52,126 bases of DNA from Pristiophorus japonicus (taxonomy: Eukaryota): contig NW_027251345.1 in the NCBI RefSeq assembly GCF_044704955.1, forward strand, positions 1-52,126. Direction: 5' to 3'. Position 1 is the first letter of the stretch; every line of letters begins with the position of its first letter. Positions 12,579 through 26,314 of the stretch are shown here, one piece after another. The notes under the pieces were generated by a model that was not told the DNA's origin, did not search any database, and saw only the letters and a program-made list of their open reading frames with translations. The position numbers and the translations under genes are program-made.

Positions 12579-13036
12579 TGTGTTAAAGGGGCGGGCCGGT
12601 GAGATTAATGTCACTGTGTTTGTGTGTCCGTCTCATCGCCGGATTCCAGAATTCCTCTTATGTAAAATTCAAAGATTTCCCTGTCACAGGATCACCCTGC
12701 TGCCCTGCTCAGGTCTAAAGTGGGAATTAAACGTCAAGTTTGAAGTGATTTTAAATTTCAATCGAAAAACGAAGAAAATGTCCGCGATCGGGTGAGAGAG
12801 CGCGATCAGTGCAGCAATGAAACGGGTTTAAATCCAAATTGCTGCCTTCAGTTCGGAGGAAGCTTTCTCGACAACAAACATCCCGGTTCGGGACAGAAAG
12901 AGGCCAGTCTGGGAATCTGGAGGGCCCGGGTTGAATTGGAATCGGACAGTTAATGAGGAGAGAGAAACACAGAGAGGCTGGAGGGGCGGGGAGCTGACAG
13001 CAGGAGTCTCCGCCCCGTCCGCTCGCTGCCTTTAAG
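12579..13036 (+). promoter_or_regulatory. H1 promoter: TG box, AC (H1) box, GC box, TATA-like
   Basis: TGTGTTA 12579-12585, TGTGTTT 12615-12621, AAACACA 12965-12971, GGGGCGGGG 12983-12991, TTTAAG 13031-13036. Confidence 0.7.
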
Positions 13037-13114
13037 TTGCTCTGTGCCGCCGCCTCCCGTTTCCTTTCTGACCGAGCTCTGACTGTCAGAGAGATTTTCC
13101 ACAGAGTCGCCGAC

Positions 13115-13798
13115 ATGACTGACACTGCAGCCGCTGAAACGGCTCCTCCTGCCGCCGCCGCTCAAACCAAGGCTCCCAGCAAGAAGAAGAAGGCGGCTCC
13201 CCGCTCCAAGCCAGCCGGCCCCACGTTGGGCGAACAGATCCTCAAGGTTGTGGCCGATGGCAGCGATCGCAAGGGGATGTCCCTGGCCGCGATAAAGAAG
13301 GCTCTGGCGGCCAAAGGCGTGGATGTGGAGAAGCGCGGGTCCCAGATCAGGTTCAGTATCAAGAGGAATGTGACAAATGGCTTCCTGGTGCAGACCAAGG
13401 GCACGGGCGCCTCGGGCTCCTTCAAAGTCGCTAAGAAAGAAAACCAGGGGAAAGTGGGAAGGAAGGTGAAGAAACCAGCAGCCAAGAAATCTCCAGCCAA
13501 GAAATCTCCGACCAAGAAACCAGCAGCCAAGAAATCTCCGGCCAAGAAACCAGCAGCCAAGAAATCTCCGGCCAAGAAACCAGCAGCCAAGAAATCTCCG
13601 GCCAAGAAAACGAACACCAAGAAGGCGCCAACAGTAAAAAAGATAGCGAAAGCTGCGGCTGGGAAGAAGACGGCAGCGGCGAAGACCAAGAGCCCCAAGA
13701 AGACCTCGGGCGCAAAGGTGAAGGTGGCCAAAAAGGTGGAAAAACCGAGGGCCAAGGCCAAATCAGCAAAACCCAAGAAAGCAGCGCTCAAAAAGTAA
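13115..13798 (+). CDS. H1: Histone H1 (linker histone), 227 aa, replication-dependent type
   Basis: Starts [11 protein letters not shown]; globular domain ending [16 protein letters not shown]; K/A/P-rich tail; intronless; stem-loop downstream. Confidence 0.97.
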   Translation: MTDTAAAETAPPAAAAQTKAPSKKKKAAPRSKPAGPTLGEQILKVVADGSDRKGMSLAAIKKALAAKGVDVEKRGSQIRFSIKRNVTNGFLVQTKGTGASGSFKVAKKENQGKVGRKVKKPAAKKSPAKKSPTKKPAAKKSPAKKPAAKKSPAKKPAAKKSPAKKTNTKKAPTVKKIAKAAAGKKTAAAKTKSPKKTSGAKVKVAKKVEKPRAKAKSAKPKKAALKK

Positions 13799-13833
13799 AT
13801 AAAAAGTGCAACTTGTAAACATCTGAACCCAAA

Positions 13834-13874
13834 GGCTCTTCTCAGAGCCACCCACACCTCTCAGAAAAGAGCTG
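13834..13874 (+). terminator. H1 3' stem-loop plus U7 downstream element
   Basis: GGCTCT-TCTC-AGAGCC 13834-13849, ACCCA, AAAAGAGCTG 13865-13874. Confidence 0.96.
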
Positions 13875-14252
13875 ATCCCCGAATCAAATGATCCCTGTCC
13901 CGGGGCCGGGCTCAGATTTCGGACAGAAATCATTGAATATGGAGCCAGGATCCCTGGTGACTCGCTGATATTGGCTGCACCCACCCCTCCCCCAGTGTCT
14001 GCAATAAAACACACAGAGAATGGGATGTCCGGCCTGGGCCTCACTAACTGGGGATGTGTTCAGTTCCAGTCTTAGTTCCTGCTCATTGTCATTTTCAGGG
14101 GGAGAGTCTGTGAGACGGTGATACTGGCGGAGATACCCCGCCTCACAACTTAAACCCCAAACACCACATTCTCCAAATCAGCTGGAATAAGGTGCTTGTA
14201 AACTGCTGAACCCGTCTGTGAGAGGAAATGTGGGGAGATGGAACAAGGTCTG

Positions 14253-14304
14253 ATTGTAACGGGACTTTATTTAAAAGTAATTGTAACGGGACTTTATTTA
14301 AAAG
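14253..14304. repeat. 25-bp perfect direct repeat x2
   Basis: ATTGTAACGGGACTTTATTTAAAAG at 14253 and 14280. Confidence 0.9.
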
Positions 14305-14487
14305 CTTCAGGTTCCTGGAAGCTTTAAATATAAATTCCGAGTCTGTTTCGGTTCTATTGTCGGAAAACGGTTTGAAATTGGCGGCTGCAGAAAGCTGGAG
14401 GCGGAGCTGGAAGATCAGAGGTCGCTCACTGCTCTGTCTGTCAATCTTAACTCTGTCTCCTCCCCTTCCCGCCTCTCTCACTCTGCG

Positions 14488-14530
14488 CTTTCTCAGTCAG
14501 GTCGGCTCCGGCTCTATAAAAAGGAGCCGG
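14488..14530 (+). promoter_or_regulatory. H4 promoter: site II-like element and TATA
   Basis: CTTTCTCAGTCAGGTCGG resembles the H4 subtype element (TCAATCTGGTCCG); TATAAA 14515-14520. Confidence 0.7.
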
Positions 14531-14567
14531 CAGCAATTCACTTCTCATTCAGCGGCAGTTTAACTGA

Positions 14568-14891
<324 letters not shown>

Positions 14892-14926
14892 ATAACTCGA
14901 CCCTTTTCCCCCAAACACAACACAAA

Positions 14927-14966
14927 GGCTCTTCTAAGAGCCACCCACCGGTTCACAGAGAGAGCA
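14927..14966 (+). terminator. H4 3' stem-loop plus HDE
   Basis: GGCTCT-TCTA-AGAGCC 14927-14942, ACCCA, AGAGAGAGCA 14957-14966. Confidence 0.95.
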
Positions 14967-15030
14967 GCGACCTGGGGATCGGAGTGTGGACAGTTGGGTT
15001 GGGAAATGGTTTCGGCTGTTTAATTAATGG

Positions 15031-15270
15031 AAAGAAAGGTTTGGATTTATATAGCGCCTTTCACGACCACCGAACGTCTCAAGACATAGAAACAAAATAG
15101 GTGCAGGAGTAGAATAGACCATTCGGCCCTTCGAGCCTGCACCGCCATTCAACAAGATCACAGCTGATCACCCACTCCAGCACCTCCACTTCCCGACCCC
15201 CCTCAGCCGCAAGGACCACATCCAATGAACAAGACCAATGAAGTACTTTTGGAGTGTAGTCGCTGTAGAA
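15031..15270 (-). mobile_element. tRNA-SINE 3' fragment interrupted by a CR1 3'-end fragment (~15084-15190)
   Basis: Matches the reverse complement of the SINE tail at 46006-46166; the internal piece matches the CR1 terminus. Confidence 0.75.
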
Positions 15271-15650
15271 ATTATTAAATATTTTACAACTATTGTAAAT
15301 ATGAGAGATCAAAAACTCCGGCTGACAGTCACAACTACCGGGCAGGATACACAGTCCCAGACATTACAGTCTCCCCTCACAGATAATTCCTGTCATGTGA
15401 GGTTTCTGTGTGAGAATCGGTTAAAAGGGACGGCACTGGCGGAATCGATGCGGGACTTTATGTTTACAGGAAGCAGTGACCGGGGATTTATTCCCACCCG
15501 GTACAAGACTTATCAGGGAATGGAACAGAATTCAAACCGGAATGTGGCAGAATGGGATTGGTGACTTACAATGGGGCACAATCGCCGTTATAAAGAGCGG
15601 GATTCTTAAATTGCTGGCGGGAAATTAGATTTTATTTAATCTCTGTTTGA

Positions 15651-16292
<642 letters not shown>

Positions 16293-16337
16293 NNNNNNNN
16301 NNNNNCGGCTCGAAGCTTCAGCACCAAGTGCAACAAC

Positions 16338-16378
16338 GGCTCTTTTCAGAGCCACCAAATCAGCAAAGGAAAGAGCTG
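16338..16378 (+). terminator. H3 3' stem-loop plus HDE
   Basis: GGCTCT-TTTC-AGAGCC 16338-16353; AAAGAGCTG 16370-16378. Confidence 0.96.
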
Positions 16379-17001
16379 CGATCTCCTGCAACCAGAGCAT
16401 CGTGTTGTTCATTAACCCATTGTAAGGACGGGCAGAGGGTGTGGGACTGATTACTGCTCGTGTGTTCATATACCAGCTCGGTTCACATGGGAGTTATTGA
16501 CGATTAACTGATGAGCCCTTTAATATTTTCGGAAACTGACATCGGCTTTGCGTCGCTCTGACCCCAAGTTCCCCGGGGCAGAGCACAGATTTCCCCATTC
16601 GGTGTTGCCGGAGAATGGGGGCAGGCAGATCTGGGAAGCACTGCAATGGACCCGGGTCCTGTATGTGTACATCGCTCGCTGATGCAGTGCGGTCGAAACT
16701 GACTGGGTTAGCAGAGAAATACACAACCCGGGAACGGCCAGAGCTCCCGCGAACAAAATCAGCATTCAAACTATCTCAAACCAGACCAGAATTAAACTAG
16801 GCCCTTTTATTACTACATTAATTCATCATCGCCGACTCTCTCGTTTTCAGACAGATTAAAGAATATTTAAAGAACCAGTGGCGGTATTTATACAATTGTT
16901 GAGTGACAACTGTAGTTCAATTATTCGCTGTTAACGGGAAGAGTGTATGTGTGAGCAGAGAACCGTAATGCAGAGACCGGGAACTGAAAACTCGCGCGTA
17001 C

Positions 17002-17261
17002 GGATAAGGGGCTAAGCCATTTAGGACTGAGATGAGAAGCTCATTCACTCAAGAGTTGTTACCCTGTGGAATTCCCAACCGCAGAGAGTTGTTGATGCCA
17101 GTTCGTTAGATATATTCAAGAGGGAGTTAGATGTGGCCCTTATGGCTAAAGGGATATTGAGAGAAAGCAGAAAAGGGGTACTGAGGGAATAATCAGCTAT
17201 GATCTTATTGAATGGTGGTGCAGGCTCGAATGGCCCTACTCCTGCACCTATTTTCTATGTT
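17002..17261 (+). mobile_element. CR1 3' fragment
   Basis: CR1 3' end; absent at the paralogous site near 21933; apparent 3-bp TSD TAC. Confidence 0.92.
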
Positions 17262-17330
17262 TACAGGTCTAAAACAGGTCAACCTATCGGTACATGAATT
17301 AAAGGGCTCTGACTCCATTAAGACAGTAAG

Positions 17331-17371
17331 CAGCCCTTTCACAGATACTGTGGGTGGCTCTGAAAAGAACC
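17331..17371 (-). terminator. H2A copy 1 stem-loop plus HDE
   Basis: GGTTCT-TTTC-AGAGCC (17371-17356, one U-G pair); GAAAGGGCTG 17340-17331. Confidence 0.93.
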
Positions 17372-17401
17372 TTTGGGTTATTAGATTAAATCTTGTCCGC
17401 T

Positions 17402-17797
<396 letters not shown>

Positions 17798-17843
17798 TCA
17801 CAAGTTCAGACAAAGAATGAGAAACTCCTCCCACATCTGCCCT

Positions 17844-18013
17844 TCTTATAGCTTCTGGAGGGATGCAGGGAGCGAACTTGTGATTGGTCGCTCTGAGGTG
17901 GATTTCATTGGTCTTTTCCGCTGACCAATCACCGTCTGTTTAGCCCGCCAATGAAAAGAGGGCGAAAATTACTGTTCGACTTCCAACGAATCTTCAATTT
18001 CAAAAACCCCGCC
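17844..18013 (-). promoter_or_regulatory. H2A copy 1 promoter: TATA, four CCAAT boxes, CDE/CHR
   Basis: TATAAG ~17850-17845; CCAAT/ATTGG at 17883, 17907, 17925, 17948; GGCGG-ggtt-TTTGAA 18013-17999. Confidence 0.8.
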
Positions 18014-18151
18014 AATAATTTTACAATGCGGATTATGTTAATAAATTCACCATTAGCCAAAGATTTCCAAACACTTTTTATTTCCTTTTGCCGTATTCCG
18101 TATTACCTTCAAAATTCCAGGATGTTACAATCAGGATTAAATTCGGGTTCA

Positions 18152-19587
18152 GTTTAAAAAAGGAGGGAGAGAGAAAACAGGGAATTATAGACCGGTCAGC
18201 CTGACATCGGTAGTGGGTAAAATGATGGAATCAATTATTAAGGATGTCATAGCAGTGCATTTGGAAAGAGGTGACATGATAGGTCCAAGTCAGCATGGAT
18301 TTGTGAAAGGGAAATCATGCTTGACAAATCTTCTGGAATTTTTTGAGGATGTTTCCAGTAGAGTGGATAAGGGAGAACCAGTTGATGTGGTATATTTGGA
18401 CTTTCAGAAGGCGTTCGACAAGGTCCCACACAAGAGATTGATGTGCAAAGTTAGAGCACATGGGATTGGGGGTAGTGTACTGACATGGATTGAGAACTGG
18501 TTGTCAGACAGGAAGCAAAGAGTAGGAGTAAATGGGTACTTTTCAGAATGGCAGGCAGTGACTAGTGGGGTACCGCAAGGTTCTGTGCTGGGGCCCCAGC
18601 TGTTTACACTGTACATTAATGATTTAGATGAGGGGATTAAATGTAGTATCTCCAAATTTGCGGATGACACTAAGTTGGGTGGCAGTGTGAGCTGCGAGGA
18701 GGATGCTGTGAGGCTGCAGAGCGACTTGGATAGGTTAGGTGAGTGGGCAAATGCATGGCAGATGAAGTATAATGTGGATAAATGTGAGGTTATCCACTTT
18801 GGTGGTAAAAACAGAGAGACAGACTATTATCTGAATGGTGACAGATTAGGAAAAGGGGAGGTGCAAAGAGACCTGGGTGTCATGGTACATCAGTCATTGA
18901 AGGTTGGCATGCAGGTGCAGCAGGCGGTTAAGAAAGCAAATGGCATGTTGGCCTTCATAGCAAGGGGATTTGAGTACAGGGGCAGGGAGGTGTTGCTACA
19001 GTTGTACAGGGCATTGGTGAGGCCACACCTGGAGTATTGTGTACAGTTTTGGTCTCCTAACCTGAGGAAGGACATTCTTGCTATTGAGGGAGTGCAGCGA
19101 AGGTTCACCAGACTGATTCCCGGGATGGCGGGACTGACCTATCAAGAAAGACTGGATCAACTGGGCTTGTATTCACTGGAGTTCAGAAGAATGAGAGGGG
19201 ACCTCATAGAAACATATAAAATTCTGACGGGGTTAGACAGGTTAGATGCAGGAAGAATGTTCCCAATGTTGGGGAAGTCCAGAACCAGGGGTCACAGTCT
19301 CAGGATAAGGGGTAAGCCATTTAGGACCAAGATGCGGAGGAACTTCTTCACCCAGAGAGTGGTGAACCTGTGGAATTCTCTACCACAGAAAGTTGTTGAG
19401 GCCAATTCACTAAATATATTCAAAAAGGAGTTAGATGAGGTCCTTACTGCTAGGGGGATCAAGGGGTATGGCGAGAAAGCAGGAATGGGGTACTGAAGTT
19501 GAATGTTCAGCCATGAACTCATTGAATGGCGGTGCAGGCTAGAAGGGCCGAATGGCCTACTCCTGCACCTATTTTCTATGTTTCTAT
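18152..19587 (+). mobile_element. Young 5'-truncated CR1 LINE with uninterrupted RT-domain ORF (18213-19496)
   Basis: 427 open codons with [26 protein letters not shown]; intact 3' tail; lacks ORF1 and endonuclease. Confidence 0.98.
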
Positions 19588-20088
19588 ACGTTCTGTAACG
19601 GGACACATTCCAGCTCAATCTTTGTACAATTTGGGAATCACAGATCATGGATCGATCCTCCGCACAGGCGGGAGTGAGACCAGAACTGGGAGTTCTTCTG
19701 TGAAAAGAGAAGAGGGACACAGGGTTCAAACTCCCTGTTCTGGTCTCTGTAAGAACTCCCAGTCTGGGCTGTTGCACTCGGAATCTCGGATTAATAAGCG
19801 GGTTGACCCGAACTAGAATTTTTTTTATATTGTAAAGGGCTTGAGAGAGAATGAGGTGACTAAAGTCTGAGTATCACCTCCTAAAACAAGATCATAATTC
19901 ATTGGCAGGCGGCCAAGGACAGTGTGTGCAGTTTACTGGGAGGGAAATTCATCAGAGAAGCTAAGGTTGAACCGGACAGTAAAACCGCTTATCTGAATCT
20001 AAATCTACAGCTGGAACTTTAAATGTTGTGAAACACTTGCTCAGGAAATAACTACAGTAAATTGAGTTTAAAGGGTGATGTGTTTGTG

Positions 20089-20129
20089 CAGCTCTTTCAG
20101 AGACGTTGTGGGTGGCTCTTAAAAGAGCC
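20089..20129 (-). terminator. H2B copy 1 stem-loop plus HDE
   Basis: GGCTCT-TTTA-AGAGCC 20129-20114; GAAAGAGCTG 20098-20089. Confidence 0.96.
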
Positions 20130-20169
20130 GTTGTGTTTCTGGTTTGTTGTATCAGGACAGAGTGGAGTT

Positions 20170-20547
20170 TTACTTGGAGCTGGTGTACTTGGTCACCGCC
20201 TTTGTCCCTTCCGACACGGCGTGCTTGGCCAGCTCCCCGGGCAGCAACAGGCGCACGGCGGTCTGGATCTCCCGGGAGCTGATGGTGGATCGTTTGTTGT
20301 AATGAGCCAGGCGGGAAGCCTCACCCGCGATGCGCTCAAAAATATCGTTCACAAACGAGTTCATGATGCCCATGGCCTTGGAGGAGATGCCGGTGTCGGG
20401 GTGAACCTGCTTCATCACTTTGTAGATGTAGATGGAGTAACTCTCCTTCCTCGATTTCCTGCGCTTCTTACCGCCCTTCGGTGGTGTTTTCTTGATCACT
20501 TTTTTGGCGCCTTTCTTGGCAGTAACTGATTTCTTCTCTTCAGGCAT
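20170..20547 (-). CDS. H2B: Histone H2B copy 1, 125 aa
   Basis: [16 protein letters not shown]...[27 protein letters not shown]...AVTKYTSSK; ATG at 20547. Confidence 0.99.
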   Translation of the reverse strand: MPEEKKSVTAKKGAKKVIKKTPPKGGKKRRKSRKESYSIYIYKVMKQVHPDTGISSKAMGIMNSFVNDIFERIAGEASRLAHYNKRSTISSREIQTAVRLLLPGELAKHAVSEGTKAVTKYTSSK

Positions 20548-20599
20548 CGTCTTGTTCAATCCGACCCAGACATGACGTAAACTTAGCTCGGAGCTCGCA

Positions 20600-20745
20600 T
20601 TATATAGGCAGCCCCACACTCCGCCCACAGCCCTATGCTAATGAGGGATGGGTGAAGGCAACAATTGTGATTGGTTCATTCGCTGCGTTGTCAATTTCTA
20701 TTGTTCTGTAATTCTCTGATTGGTCTCTTTAAACATCCAATCAGA
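20600..20745 (-). promoter_or_regulatory. H2B copy 1 promoter: TATA, GC box, variant octamer, CCAAT boxes
   Basis: TATATAA 20606-20600; CTCATTAGCAT (ATGCTAAT 20635-20642 on plus); several ATTGG/CCAAT in 20670-20741. Confidence 0.8.
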
Positions 20746-21060
20746 TTTACTGCTCGCCACAATCTCAAATTCTTGAATTAGGTCATCAGTTACATCCCCT
20801 CCCGAGCCATATTCTGTTCTTTATCGATCGAGATGTCTACATGTTCGACAGACATTGACCGGTTTGTAACCGAGATTGCCCGAGGGTCACTTCTGGTCAG
20901 GACTTGGGAGTCCTTCTATGAGGGCAAAAGACCCTCACTGTCCTTCCGCCCTGATGCTGCCTTCCTCCCACCGTTTAATTCAACACCTTTCTTATCTGTC
21001 ACTACATTAGTTGTTTCAGTGTTACCTTCACCTGGAATATGCCGTACCTTCTGTGCCGTA

Positions 21061-21359
21061 AAGGGCCTATTTCCCTTAGCACAGGAGGCATAAATTTAAA
21101 GTAATTGGTAGAGGATTTAGAGGGGAAATATCTTCACGCAGAGGGTGGCTGCGGTCTGAAACTCACTGCCTGAAAGGGAGGTAGAGGCAGAAACCCTCAC
21201 CACATTTAAAACTACTTGGACGTACACTTGGAAGTGCCGTAACCTGCAGGGTTACGGACCTGGAGCTGGAAAGTGGGATTCGGCTGGATAGCCTTTTGTT
21301 GGCCGGCACGGACACGATGGGCCGAAGTGGCCTCATTCCGTGTTGTAAGCTTCTATGAT
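21061..21359 (+). mobile_element. CR1 3' fragment (second subfamily, like 43640-43943)
   Basis: Matches 43643-43940; absent at the paralogous site near 25752. Confidence 0.9.
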
Positions 21360-21482
21360 GAATGTCTATAATTCTGAAACTAAAAGGATATTCCGTCCAT
21401 CGTGCATATGCTGATTTAAAACGTATAGACCTTGGCGAAAAATATATATCTATACCGAACAAAATGTAAATGAACTATATCA

Positions 21483-21646
<164 letters not shown>

Positions 21647-21995
21647 GGCCTAAAACACTGTAGAGAAATACACAGCACGGAACGACCGGAGATTCCGGGA
21701 ACAGAACCAGCATTCAAACTCTCAAACCAGACCAGAATTAAACTAGGCCCTTTTAATAATCGCCGACTTTCTTCATACAGCTTTCATTGATAGATTAAAT
21801 AATATTTAGGGAACCGGTTGCGCTATTTATACAATTTTTGAGTCTCTGACAACTGTAGTTTAATTATTAGCTGCTAACTAGAACAGTTTGTGTGAGCAGA
21901 AAACCATAATGCAGATACCAGGAACTCCCGCATACAGGTCTGAAATAGACCAATTTATTGGTACCTGAACTTAAGGTCTCCATTAAGACAGTAAG

Positions 21996-22036
21996 CAGCC
22001 CTTTCACAGATACTGTGAGTGGCTCTGAAAAGAGCC
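21996..22036 (-). terminator. H2A copy 2 stem-loop plus HDE
   Basis: GGCTCT-TTTC-AGAGCC 22036-22021, then ACTCA and GAAAGGGCTG. Confidence 0.94.
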
Positions 22037-22066
22037 TTTGGGTTATTAGTTTATATCTTGTCTGCT

Positions 22067-22510
<444 letters not shown>

Positions 22511-23397
22511 TTATACCTTCTGGAGGGATGCAGGGAGCAAACTTGTGATTGGTCACTCTGTCGTGGATTTCATTGGCTGTTTCCGATGACCAATCACAGT
22601 CTGTCTAGTCCACCAATGAAAGGAGGGCGGAAATTACTGGTTCCCAACAGCCAGAATCTAACGATTTTTTAAATTCAAAAATCCCGCCAAAAATTATTAA
22701 AATTGCGGATTATGTTAGTAACTTCACCATTAGCCAAATACTTCAAAACACTTTTTGTTTCCTTTTGTCTTATTCCATGTTCCCCTTGCAAATTCCAGCC
22801 TGTTACAATCAGGATTAAATTCAGCTTCAGGTTCAAACTGTCTGTAACGGGCGGGACTCAGTCCCCACTGATTCTGTAACGGGACACATTCCAGCTCAAT
22901 CTTTGTAAAAGTGAACTTCTTTTCACAGGAGCTGCTGTGGGAGTGAGACCAGAACCGAGAGTCCTTTTGTAAAAAGAGAAGAGGGACAGGGTGTTCAAAT
23001 TGCCCCTGTTCCAGTCTCTAAGAACTCCCATTCTGGGTCGTTACACTGCGGGAAGTCTCGGGTTAATAAACGGACTGAGCGCAACGGAATAAAAAAACTC
23101 GTGAAAAGGGCTTGAGTGAGAATGTGACTGAAATCAGAGTTTCCCTGCCCCCCAAAAATAAATTCGTCGGTAGGCGCTGTGAATGAACGGGTCTGAGAAC
23201 AAAGGGAAAGCGACCAGGGACCGTGTTTGTAGTTTACTCACTGCAGGAAATTCCAGCGACACCAAGGTCAAGCCGGTCAGTGAAGCTGCTTATGAGAATT
23301 CAAAACTAAATCTACAGCTGGAACTACAAAGGTTCTCAAACACAATTGTTCGGGAAATAATTACAGTAAATTCAGTCTAAAGGGAGATGTGATTGTG

Positions 23398-23438
23398 CAG
23401 CTCTTTCAATGATGTTGTGGGTGGCTCTTAAAAGAGCC
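23398..23438 (-). terminator. H2B copy 2 stem-loop plus HDE
   Basis: GGCTCT-TTTA-AGAGCC 23438-23423; GAAAGAGCTG. Confidence 0.96.
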
Positions 23439-23478
23439 GTTGTGTTTGGGATTTGTTCTGTCAGGACAACGTGGAGTT

Positions 23479-23853
23479 TTACTTGGAGCTGGTGTATTTG
23501 GTCACCGCCTTTGTCCCTTCCGACACGGCGTGCTTGGCCAGCTCCCCGGGCAGCAGCAGGCGCACGGCGGTCTGGATCTCCCGGGAGCTGATGGTGCGGC
23601 GCTTGTTGTAATGGGCCAGGCGGGAAGCCTCACCCGCGATGCGCTCGAAAATATCGTTCACAAACGAGTTCATGATGCCCATGGCCTTGGAGGAGATGCC
23701 GGTGTCGGGGTGAACCTGCTTCATCACTTTGTAGATGTAGATAGCATAACTCTCCTTCCTCGACTTTCGGCGCTTCTTGCCGCCCTTTGGTGATGTTTTC
23801 TTGATGACTTTCTTGGCACCCTTTTTCGAAGCTGGCTTCTTTTCCTCAGGCAT
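23479..23853 (-). CDS. H2B: Histone H2B copy 2, 124 aa
   Basis: Full H2B fold; TATA 23910-23904 and ATGCTAAT 23939-23946 upstream. Confidence 0.99.
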   Translation of the reverse strand: MPEEKKPASKKGAKKVIKKTSPKGGKKRRKSRKESYAIYIYKVMKQVHPDTGISSKAMGIMNSFVNDIFERIAGEASRLAHYNKRRTISSREIQTAVRLLLPGELAKHAVSEGTKAVTKYTSSK

Positions 23854-24435
23854 CGTCTTGTTCAGTCAGGTAGATATGAAGGAAATTTTGTTCCGGGCTC
23901 GCATTATATAGGCAGCCTCACACTCCGCCCACAACCTTATGCTAATGAGGGATAAGTGAAGGCAATGACTGTGATTGGTTCATTGGCCACGTTGTCAATT
24001 TCCATTGTTCTCTATCTCTCTGATTGGTCTCTTTAAACATTCAATCAGATTTATTGCTCGCCACAATCTCAAATTCTTAAATTAGGTCATCAATTACATC
24101 CCCTCCTGATTTATAATCCGTTCTTTATGTTTCTATTCTGCTCTCAGGCAAAAATGGTTAATGACGGCCGGACTTATGAGGAAGGTTCATTCACGTTTTT
24201 TTCCATATATACATTCAATAATCTGAACAGCTGTGTTTGTCGATCTACATTTCTACCTGTTCGAGCCATTGACCGGTTTGTTACCGAGATTGCCTGAGGG
24301 TCACTTCTGATCAGGACTTGGGAGTCCTTCTATGAGGGCAAGGGACCCTCACTGTCCTTCCGCCCTGATGCTGCCTTCCTCCCATCGTTTAATTCAACAC
24401 CTTTCTTATCTGTCACTGCTGTAACATGGATGTAA

Positions 24436-25706
24436 CAGCATGGATTTATGAAGGGGAAGTCATGTTTGACAAATTTGCTGGAATTCTTTGAGGATGTCAC
24501 GAACAGGGTGGATAATGGGGAAGCAGTGGATGTGGTATATTTGGACTTCCAGAACGCATTTGACAAGGTGCTACATAAAAGGTTACTGACTGCACAAGAT
24601 AAAAGTTCACAGGGTTGGGGGTAATATATTAGCATGGATAGAGGATTGGCTAACAAACAGAAACCAGATAGTGGGAATAAATGGTTCATTCCCGGGTTGG
24701 CAATCAGTAACCAATGGGATGCCACAGGGATCAGTGCTAGGACCCCAACTATTTATGATCGATATTAACGACTTGGAAGAAGGGACCGAGTGTAACGCAG
24801 CCAAGTTTGCTGACGATACAAAGATGGGAGAAAAAGCAATGGGTGAGGAGGACACAAAAATTCTACAAAAGGACATAAGAGAGTGAACAAGGATTTGGCA
24901 GATGGAGTATAATATTGGAAAGTGTGAGGTCATGCTGTTTGATTTTTTTCTTCCAAAGTGCAAGTTATTACTTCAATGGTGAAAGATTGCAAGGTGCTGC
25001 AGTGCAGCGGGACCTGGGGGTACTTGTGCATGAAACACAAAAGGTTAGTATGCAGGTATAGCAAGTGATCAGGAAGGCCAATGGAATCTGGCCTTTATTG
25101 CAAAGAGGATGGAGTATAAAAGCAGGAAAGTCTTGCTATAATTGTACAGGATATTGGTGAGGCCACACCTGGAATACTGCATGCAGTTTTGGTTTCCATA
25201 TTTACAAAAGTATATACTTGCTTTGGAGGCAGTTCAGAGAAGTTTCACATGGTTGATTCCGGAATGAGGGGGTTGACTTGAGGAAAGGTTCAGTAGGTTG
25301 GGCCTCTACTTATTGGAATTCAGAAGAATGAGGTGTGATCTTATCGAAACATATAAGATTATGAGGGGGCTTAACAAGGTGGATGCAGAGAGGATGTTTC
25401 CGCTGCTAGGGGAAACTAGAACGAGTGGGCTTAAACTTAGAATAAGAGGTCGCCCATTTAAAACTGAGATGAGGAGAAATTTCTTCTCTGAGGACTGTGA
25501 ATCTGTGGAATTCGCTGCCTCAGAGAGCTGGGACATTGAATAAATTTAAGACAGAAACAGACAGTTTCTTAATGATAAGGGAATATGGGGCAGGGAAGTA
25601 GACCAGAGTCCATGATCGTATTAAATGGCGGAGGAGGCTCGAGGGGCCGTATGGCCTACATTTGCTCCGATTTCTTATGTTATGTTTTTAATGTTATTAT
25701 GTTCTA
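24436..25706 (+). mobile_element. CR1 LINE, 5'-truncated, degenerate
   Basis: RT motifs with frameshifts; absent at the paralogous site near 21003. Confidence 0.95.
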
Positions 25707-25928
25707 ACTACATTAGTTTTTTCAGTATTACCTTCATCTGGAATGCCCCGTAAATGTCTATGATTTGAAGACTAAAAGGACATTCTGTCCATCGTGTATA
25801 TGATGATTTAAAACACCCAACACCACAATATAGATCTTGGCAAAAAACATATCTATACAGAACAAAATGTAAATCAACTATCTCGCCCCCGTTCCCCAAA
25901 TCACTGCTCTCTCTGTGAGGAGGTGGGT

Positions 25929-26276
<348 letters not shown>

Positions 26277-26314
26277 GATGATTCTTTACTGAAATCGCCG
26301 CTGAATGTTAATCT

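Noticed and set aside
13162-13857. 231-aa hydrophobic antisense ORF and similar ORFs opposite H2A/H2B/H4
   Set aside because: Shadow frames of histone codon usage
17356-17371. H2A copy 1 as a pseudogene because of a stem-loop change
   Set aside because: The C>U change leaves a U-G pair within the tolerated consensus; ORF, promoter and HDE are intact
18213-19496. Domesticated standalone reverse transcriptase gene in the histone cluster
   Set aside because: 5'-truncated CR1 with no promoter or proper start and absent from paralogous spacers; the open frame reflects youth
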